DNA of 34,359 bases from a virus (Duplodnaviria > Caudoviricetes). A program made the translations under genes and the position numbers. The DNA lies in IMG/VR virus record IMGVR_UViG_3300009435_000026, positions 1 through 34,359 of that record; one strand, 5' to 3'. The notes beneath the pieces were generated by a model. The model did not search any database. It was not told the origin of the DNA and was given only the letters and a program-made list of their open reading frames with translations. This document shows positions 28,923-34,359 of this stretch, piece by piece (the stretch's first letter is position 1; every line of letters begins with the position of its first letter).

Positions 28923-30739
28923 CAGTACGCACTGTTGAGCCTACTAAAGTCCCAGGCATACCGAAACCGCCAGCTTCTGTAGATGCAGAAACCAGGCGTT
29001 ACTTAGAAGCCTTAGCTGAAGCCGTAGAAATACGGCTGGGTCGTAGGGGTGATCCGATTGATCGGGCGATAACCCTGCGTGAACTTGTCGCTGGCGGGTT
29101 AGCTGCGAATCTTGACGGTGCTAATTTTAACGAGCGGTACTTCAACTCTAGCAACATAGATATGGGGCCGATTGATATAAGCCTAGTAACTGATTTGACG
29201 CCTCCGTCAGTTATTACTAACCTAACAGTCACTGGGGCCTACTCAGTTATAAATATGTCATGGACAGCTCCAATCGACGGGAACTTTAGTCAGACTGAAG
29301 TTTGGTCCCACACTTCCGACTCTCTTGGCGACGCTACTTTAACTGGGATTACACCTACCTTTACTTTCTCAGATCCTGTTGGCGGAGATGCTACTCGCTA
29401 CTATTGGGTTCGGGCCGTCTCTACATCTAATATCTATGGGCCGTTTAACTCTGCGGCAGGCACCGTAGGCACAACAGCCACTGATGTTGCTCACCAGCTA
29501 GAAGTGTTAGCGGGCGCGATAACTGATAGCCAGTTGGCTGTTAGTCTTAGTTCGAGTATCACTGGTGTTGCCACTAATGCGGCGGCGGCTGCGTCTGATG
29601 CGGCGGAGGCAATAGCAGCGAAGACAGCAGCTTTATTAGCGCAAGCTGGTGCCGAAACTGCTGAAGATAATGCAGAGATCGCTGAGACAAATGCAGAGAC
29701 TGCACAATCTGCGGCGAGCACTTCTGCAAATGCCGCGTCGAATTCTGCAACTGGCGCTGCGGGTTCTGCTTCCTCTGCATCGACATCTGCTACCAATGCG
29801 GCATCTAGCGAAAATAACGCAGGCTCTTCAGCAACCGCAGCCTCGACCAGCGCGTCAAATGCCAACACTTATGCAACTGCTGCTGGGACGGCCTCTACCG
29901 CATCACAGAATGCGAGTGTCACCGCTACAACTGCTAAAACTAATGCAGAGACTGCTGAGTCAAATTCGGCTAACTCGGCTAGTGCTGCATCAACTAGCGC
30001 AAGTAATGCGTCTGCAAGTGAGTCGGCTGCTGGTACGTCTGCCAGCGCTGCTAACACATCTGCGACTAATGCTGCTTCTAGTGCCTCGAGCGCCGGTACT
30101 TATTCGACTAATGCTGCTTCTAGTGCAACGGCTGCTGATGGCTCTGCAACAGCGGCGTCGTCTACAGTCAATGGCTTGACTGCTAGATTAAATAATACTG
30201 GTGGGACAGGTGTAACCGTAGAGCAAGCATACTCAGCTAACGCCAGTGACATCGGTGACTTAGAAGGGCAGTACTCTGTAAAGATTGACGCGAACGGACA
30301 CGTAGCCGGTTTCGGTTTAAGTAACACGCTCACGACCGCGGGGCCAAGCTCTGCATTCATTGTCCGCGCTGATAAGTTCGCGGTCATTGACCCCGCTTCA
30401 GTAGCTGACGGTCTTGGTACTACTAGTCCCACCGCAGCGAACATCCCGTTTTTTATTCAAGGCGGTACTACCTACATCAAAGCAGCCGCGATCCTCGATG
30501 CAAGTATCACTGACGCAAAGATTGGAACTCTGGGCGCAGATAAAATAACGTCGGGCTTTATTAGTTCAGATCGAATTGATTCAGGCAGTATTAACGTCAA
30601 TAAACTAGAGCTTGTTGGTACAGGTGCGACGATTAATTTGAAGAGCGCGAACACCGGAGCACGAATGGTTATTCAAGGGAGCAACATCCAGGTCTTCGAT
30701 TCGACGGGCGCGCTCCGTGTCAAGTTGGGGGCTCTGTAA
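28919..30739 (+). CDS. Tail fibre/tip protein: FN3-like domain, Ala/Ser-rich stalk, lambda-J/DUF1983-like C-terminus
   Basis: Likely start GTG 28919 (GTGA overlap, GAGG RBS; in frame with the 28883 ORF). RYYWVRAV..YGPFN, YSVKIDANGHVAGFGL, FIVRADKFAV, ITDAKIGTL.ADKI, LRVKLG motifs. Confidence 0.78.
   Translation: MTVRTVEPTKVPGIPKPPASVDAETRRYLEALAEAVEIRLGRRGDPIDRAITLRELVAGGLAANLDGANFNERYFNSSNIDMGPIDISLVTDLTPPSVITNLTVTGAYSVINMSWTAPIDGNFSQTEVWSHTSDSLGDATLTGITPTFTFSDPVGGDATRYYWVRAVSTSNIYGPFNSAAGTVGTTATDVAHQLEVLAGAITDSQLAVSLSSSITGVATNAAAAASDAAEAIAAKTAALLAQAGAETAEDNAEIAETNAETAQSAASTSANAASNSATGAAGSASSASTSATNAASSENNAGSSATAASTSASNANTYATAAGTASTASQNASVTATTAKTNAETAESNSANSASAASTSASNASASESAAGTSASAANTSATNAASSASSAGTYSTNAASSATAADGSATAASSTVNGLTARLNNTGGTGVTVEQAYSANASDIGDLEGQYSVKIDANGHVAGFGLSNTLTTAGPSSAFIVRADKFAVIDPASVADGLGTTSPTAANIPFFIQGGTTYIKAAAILDASITDAKIGTLGADKITSGFISSDRIDSGSINVNKLELVGTGATINLKSANTGARMVIQGSNIQVFDSTGALRVKLGAL
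29560..30165 (+). repeat. Low-complexity Ala/Ser/Thr/Asn heptad-like repeats (SA..A.TSA.NA) in the fibre stalk
   Basis: AASTSANAASNSATGAAGSASSASTSATNAASSE...; similar in composition to lambda Stf stalk repeats. Boundaries approximate. Confidence 0.75.
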
Positions 30740-31059
30740 TGGCTCATGGCATTCGCGTTTGGACTAATGATAATCCGCCGAAACTGCGCCTAGATCCAGG
30801 TGACAAACAAGTCATGCATTATGCATATTATTCTGGGACTTTATTAGGCGGCGGTAGCGCTACGGCTACAATTACTGTTGGCGGCGGGTATGATATTAGT
30901 AGTGGTGATTGGGGCATGAATGTTATACCCGTTAATTACTTTCTCGAGGCGGAGTCAACTACGAACACCATTACCGTTCGTAATAAAAACCCCGCATACA
31001 ATACTTCTGGGTATGGCTCGATCCAGTACCGTGTAAGCGTATTTAAGTTGAATCAATAA
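30739..31059 (+). CDS. Small tail-tip-associated protein (putative)
   Basis: 106 aa, TAATG-coupled; MAHGIRVW N-terminus typical of genes following J-like tips. Confidence 0.6.
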   Translation: MAHGIRVWTNDNPPKLRLDPGDKQVMHYAYYSGTLLGGGSATATITVGGGYDISSGDWGMNVIPVNYFLEAESTTNTITVRNKNPAYNTSGYGSIQYRVSVFKLNQ

Positions 31060-31820
31060 TGGCTTACGGATTCCGTGCATATAATAACTCTGGGTTTACT
31101 CAAATCGATGAGACTACTCAAGGGTTCCAAGTTTTATCGACCGGCATTGTACCAGCTAGTGATGCTTACTCAGTTAATTACGTGACAATACCTTCTAGTT
31201 ATCCAGACGACATATTGGTCATCGCGAAACCGCATGACCCCAACACGACTTTACAGTATCGGATATTCGCGAATTACATGGACACTACTACTCCAGGCGG
31301 GACCAGGATTCGCAGAGCGTACATGAACTGTGCTTACGGTACGGTAATCTTAGCAATGGCGGCTTGCGACTACGCAATTATTCAGCGCTGCAGCTTGTTT
31401 GATGACTCTTTAATCAGCGGGCAAAGTCCTGCGAACTACGGGCTAAATGTATACCGCACGGATGGCACACTTAGTTTTACGACAGAGAAGCCCACGTTCC
31501 GTGTTCGTTCAGCGCGACATCATGAAGTTACAGAAACCGATTTCGGTGCTGGGGTCTGGCACACAGCGACCAGCGTTACTGACTTACTGAACACCTACGC
31601 GTTAGCAATGAATTACGGCGGGTTGTACCGCAGAACTTTTGGGCCTTCCGCAGATAGGGAGTATGTTACTAAATCACGGCTAGGAGCTTGGAACTACAAC
31701 ACAACTCCTCCGACTTTTAGCACACATGTTCAAAGTGCAGGCGGTGGTACGAATGAACAAACTGAATACACACGGGTATGGAAAGGGCATAGGACAGAAA
31801 TGGTTGGGTATATCGTATGA
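31059..31820 (+). CDS. Tail-tip-associated protein (putative)
   Basis: 253 aa; MAYGFRAYNNSG.TQID and internal YGLNVYRTDGTLSF motifs seen in tip accessory proteins. Confidence 0.65.
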   Translation: MAYGFRAYNNSGFTQIDETTQGFQVLSTGIVPASDAYSVNYVTIPSSYPDDILVIAKPHDPNTTLQYRIFANYMDTTTPGGTRIRRAYMNCAYGTVILAMAACDYAIIQRCSLFDDSLISGQSPANYGLNVYRTDGTLSFTTEKPTFRVRSARHHEVTETDFGAGVWHTATSVTDLLNTYALAMNYGGLYRRTFGPSADREYVTKSRLGAWNYNTTPPTFSTHVQSAGGGTNEQTEYTRVWKGHRTEMVGYIV

Positions 31821-32263
31821 TGAAGTTTGCGTTTGTGAACACACATGGTGAGATCAAATCTATCGTTCACCCTTCGGAAGACACAGCGTTTACTGAGGGT
31901 GAACAGGTCGGCGAAGAAACGGTGCATGGGTTTGCCTATACAGAAGATGATATTAACGTGGCGACTAATTGGTACTGGCGCGACGTCTGGGTCAAAACCA
32001 AACCTGAACGCCCCTCAATCTACCACTATTGGGAAAACTACCAATGGAACCTAGACGCTGTAGATCTAGCGGCTGAGCTGCGTGATCTCCGCGACAGGAA
32101 GCTGTTTCGTTCGGACTGGACACAGTTCCCAGACAGCCCTCTGACTGACGAAGTTCAAGCAGCATGGGTGACCTATAGACAGGCATTGCGAGACGTTCCC
32201 GCAAACTACTCTGAAATCAATTCACTAGATGAGGTGTCATGGCCGACTGTTCCTGGAGGCTAA
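31817..32263 (+). CDS. Tail fibre assembly chaperone
   Basis: 148 aa; LRDLRDRKLFRSDWTQFPDSPL...WVTYRQALRDVP...WP motif. Confidence 0.85.
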   Translation: MMKFAFVNTHGEIKSIVHPSEDTAFTEGEQVGEETVHGFAYTEDDINVATNWYWRDVWVKTKPERPSIYHYWENYQWNLDAVDLAAELRDLRDRKLFRSDWTQFPDSPLTDEVQAAWVTYRQALRDVPANYSEINSLDEVSWPTVPGG

Positions 32264-32264
32264 G

Positions 32265-32753
32265 ATGGACCCGATCACTGCTATTGCGACAGCGACCGCT
32301 GCGTTCAACACCGTTAAAAAAATGGTGTCGATGGGACGTGACGTCGAAGAAACACTAGGTCAAATTGGCAAGTGGTATGGGGCTATGTCAGACCTGCAAG
32401 AGGCCGAGCGTGAGGCTAACAACCCTCCGTTGTTTAAACGGATCGTTGCAGGTAGGTCGGTAGAAGAAGAAGCACTTAATATTTATTCGGCCAAAAAGAA
32501 AGCGCTGGTGCAAGAAAAAGAGCTTCGCACGTTGCTTTTGTATGCGTATGGACCTACTGGATACCAAGAATTGGTAGACCTCCGCCGAAGGATTAAGGCG
32601 CAGCGCGAGAAAACAATTTATCAGCAGGCGCGCAAACGTAAGAACGCCTTCTGGGCAACCGTGCAGAGTGCGCTGATTCTTGTGATGTGTGGCGCTCTAT
32701 ACAAAATATACATGTTCTTGGCCGTAACTATTCAACAAGCCAACGTGGCTTAG
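32265..32753 (+). CDS. Hypothetical protein with C-terminal TM segment
   Basis: Start moved to ATG 32265 (RBS GGAGG); MDPITAIATATAAF...; coiled coil then a hydrophobic tail. Confidence 0.72.
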   Translation: MDPITAIATATAAFNTVKKMVSMGRDVEETLGQIGKWYGAMSDLQEAEREANNPPLFKRIVAGRSVEEEALNIYSAKKKALVQEKELRTLLLYAYGPTGYQELVDLRRRIKAQREKTIYQQARKRKNAFWATVQSALILVMCGALYKIYMFLAVTIQQANVA

Positions 32754-32762
32754 GAGAAAATT

Positions 32763-32843
32763 ATGCACGTAGAAAAAGGTAAGCAGTGTTATCTGAATCA
32801 GAAAGACAAGCCTAAGAAGAAGCCTAAGAAGAAGGTCAAGTAG
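32763..32843 (+). CDS. Lys-rich microprotein, 26 aa
   Basis: AGGAG RBS at 32752-32756; MHVEKGKQCYLNQKDKPKKKPKKKVK. Confidence 0.55.
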   Translation: MHVEKGKQCYLNQKDKPKKKPKKKVK

Positions 32844-32846
32844 TGA

Positions 32847-32872
32847 TGGTACCGTAATCGATTACGGTACCA
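32847..32872. repeat. Perfect 26-bp palindrome without spacer
   Basis: TGGTACCGTAATCGATTACGGTACCA is its own reverse complement. Confidence 0.92.
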
Positions 32873-32915
32873 AAAGCCATATCATATAAGGTATGGAATG
32901 CATTAAAAGTAAGCA

Positions 32916-32945
32916 TTATCAATCATCTACGATAGTATTTATAAT
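32916..32945 (+). promoter_or_regulatory. Putative sigma70 promoter for the small hydrophobic peptide
   Basis: TTATCA (32916-32921), 18 nt, TATAAT (32940-32945). Confidence 0.45.
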
Positions 32946-32971
32946 TGCACCTCAATCAACCAGAGGTAGTT

Positions 32972-33037
32972 ATGATACTGTACGTAATAGGATTTATACT
33001 TGTAGCACTAGGCGCGATAGCCAAGCAAGACCTGTAA
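32972..33037 (+). CDS. Hydrophobic single-TM microprotein, 21 aa
   Basis: RBS AGAGGT 32962-32967; MILYVIGFILVALGAIAKQDL. Confidence 0.6.
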   Translation: MILYVIGFILVALGAIAKQDL

Positions 33038-33086
33038 GTGTGCCAATGGCACAATAAGAAATAACCTAAACTAAAATATATAGAGT

Positions 33087-33099
33087 TATCAATAGGTTA
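33087..33099 (+). promoter_or_regulatory. IHF binding site in attP
   Basis: TATCAATAGGTTA matches WATCAANNNNTTR exactly, with an AT-rich tract upstream; lies between arm repeats and core. Confidence 0.65.
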
Positions 33100-33212
33100 G
33101 CCAACGCCAAGATAATATTAGTAATAGTATTATATAGAAGGTAACCCCCTGAAATAGAACAACTTTATCCATTACACGGTAGAAAATCCCTCTTTCTCCG
33201 CCAATCATTAGG

Positions 33213-33246
33213 GCCCCTACAGCCATTGAGCTGTAGGGGCTTTTTT
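33213..33246 (+). terminator. Rho-independent terminator downstream of the tRNA fragment
   Basis: GCCCCTACAGC-CATTGA-GCTGTAGGGGC followed by TTTTTT. Confidence 0.9.
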
Positions 33247-33295
33247 GATACATTGCGACTCTCAGGCACAATTTTGGCACACCCAGGAGGGAGTT

Positions 33296-34303
33296 ATGGC
33301 AACGATACGAAAAAGAGGGGGGCAGTATCACGTCCAGATCAGGCGTAAAAAATTTCCAACCCAAACAAAATCCTTTACTTCTAAAGCTTCAGCAGCAGCC
33401 TGGGCGGTCGGCATAGAGGCGAGCATGAACAACGGTTCGTGGATCGATACCCGCGCTCAAGACTCACATATCATTGACCACATTATCGATCAGCTTATAT
33501 ATTCTTACACAAGGTTTGGGCTTGAAGTGTGCGGCCCTAAACTTGGGCAGCTCAATATGCTCAAACGACATTTTCAGGGGCAGTCGATTCATGACCTAAC
33601 CGCTGATGATATTCTTAACTTCGCAGCAGACCGGCGCAAAGAAGTTGCAGCGTCTACGTTGCAGTATCAGATCTACTATTTTAAGCAAGCCCTAACGCAC
33701 AGTCGTATTCGCACTGAAGTTGATGCTATCGATATAGCAATTACTGAGCTTAAAAAGAAAAAAATCATAATGGGTAGTGAAGAACGCGACCGTCGCCTGG
33801 AGAAAGGGGAGTATGAATTGCTCATGGGTGCAGTAGGGCCGCAACGTTCTCGTTATCTTGCTGCTGCGATAGACATTGCTATTGAGTCAGGCATGCGCCA
33901 GGGCGAAATACACGCTCTTAAATGGAGCATGATCGACTTTGACAAAGGGCTTATTACCCTATGGCGTAAAAACAAGCATGCTGAAGGGGGTAAGAAGAAG
34001 GCTATAATACCCCTATTAAAGGGCGTGAGAGAGGCGCTCGTACGCCATCAGAATGTACTTGGCAAGGCTGACGTACTGTTTGAGGTGAAACGAGCAGCGT
34101 CCATTTCTGACGCATTCGCTAAGCTACGTAAAAAAGTTGGAATATACGACATGCATTTCCATGACTTGCGCCATGAAGCAATTTCACGGTTGTTCGAGAG
34201 CGGTATGAGTGTTGCGCAGGTTCGCTTAATAAGCGGACATAGCAGCCTTGACCAGTTATCTCGTTACGTGAATCTTAGAGCTGAAGACTTTGGAGGTTAT
34301 TAG
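33296..34303 (+). CDS. int: Tyrosine recombinase / phage integrase
   Basis: Start moved to ATG 33296 (RBS AGGAGG); MATIRKR..VQIRRK arm-binding N-terminus; catalytic GMRQGEI, FHDLRHEAISRLFE, ISGH, RY. Confidence 0.95.
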   Translation: MATIRKRGGQYHVQIRRKKFPTQTKSFTSKASAAAWAVGIEASMNNGSWIDTRAQDSHIIDHIIDQLIYSYTRFGLEVCGPKLGQLNMLKRHFQGQSIHDLTADDILNFAADRRKEVAASTLQYQIYYFKQALTHSRIRTEVDAIDIAITELKKKKIIMGSEERDRRLEKGEYELLMGAVGPQRSRYLAAAIDIAIESGMRQGEIHALKWSMIDFDKGLITLWRKNKHAEGGKKKAIIPLLKGVREALVRHQNVLGKADVLFEVKRAASISDAFAKLRKKVGIYDMHFHDLRHEAISRLFESGMSVAQVRLISGHSSLDQLSRYVNLRAEDFGGY

Positions 34304-34359
34304 ACCCGAGTCTCATCTAGCTTACCGTCAAGATAAATTGCAACTTCGTGGGTAGGGAA
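34300..34359 (-). CDS. C-terminus of a convergent gene, possibly excisionase/HTH-like (truncated by window)
   Basis: Minus strand reads FPTHEVAIYLDGKLDETRV*; its stop overlaps the integrase stop. Only 19 aa are visible. Confidence 0.4.
   Translation of the reverse strand, partial: FPTHEVAIYLDGKLDETRV

Larger units (their letters stand above)
33038..33282. mobile_element. attP region: tRNA-Ser 3'-end core flanked by GGCACA arm-type repeats
   Basis: Core AAATCCCTCTTTCTCCGCCA (33184-33203) = T-loop end, T-stem, acceptor strand, G discriminator and CCA of a tRNA-Ser. Repeats GTGTGCCA 33038, TGGCACAAT 33047, AGGCACAAT 33264, TGGCACAC 33275. Adjacent to the integrase. Confidence 0.82.

Noticed and set aside
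29649-30179. 176-aa alternative-frame + strand ORF
   Set aside because: By-product of GCN/TCN-rich low-complexity codons in the fibre stalk.
33184-33203. Complete tRNA-Ser gene
   Set aside because: Only the 3' end is present; upstream sequence lacks the GGTTC T-arm half, anticodon arm and 5' acceptor strand. Interpreted as att core.
33089-33364. 91-aa minus-strand ORF across attP
   Set aside because: Overlaps att core, terminator and int start; would be split on integration; no motif.

Overview
The whole window is phage sequence: the morphogenesis (late) region and integration module of a temperate, short-tailed (podovirus-type) dsDNA phage, probably of a proteobacterial host (host is inferred, not shown). 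Almost all genes are on the + strand and tightly coupled. In order: terminase large subunit (partial), P22-like portal, scaffold, three small inserted genes, a ~220-nt structured leader, N4-gp56/DUF4043-type major capsid, two adaptor-like proteins, a GNAT-like protein, ejection proteins (largest 2169 aa, with a putative peptidoglycan-hydrolase N-terminus and an HEXXH motif), holin/M15 peptidase lysis cassette, tail fibre cassette, a displaced nozzle plus lambda-J-like fibre block, two microproteins, an intact attP (tRNA-Ser 3' end, terminator, arm repeats, IHF site) and a tyrosine integrase. No tape measure, tail tube or sheath gene is recognisable. The most notable non-coding signals are: (1) a palindromic motif ATATTAGC-N3-RCTAATAT over -10-like hexamers in three intergenic gaps; (2) a multi-hairpin capsid leader with two identical ACGATA loops; (3) a perfect 26-bp palindrome; (4) a 21-aa hydrophobic peptide whose RBS would be sequestered only in read-through transcripts. 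All family assignments come from motif recognition and synteny; no searches were run.
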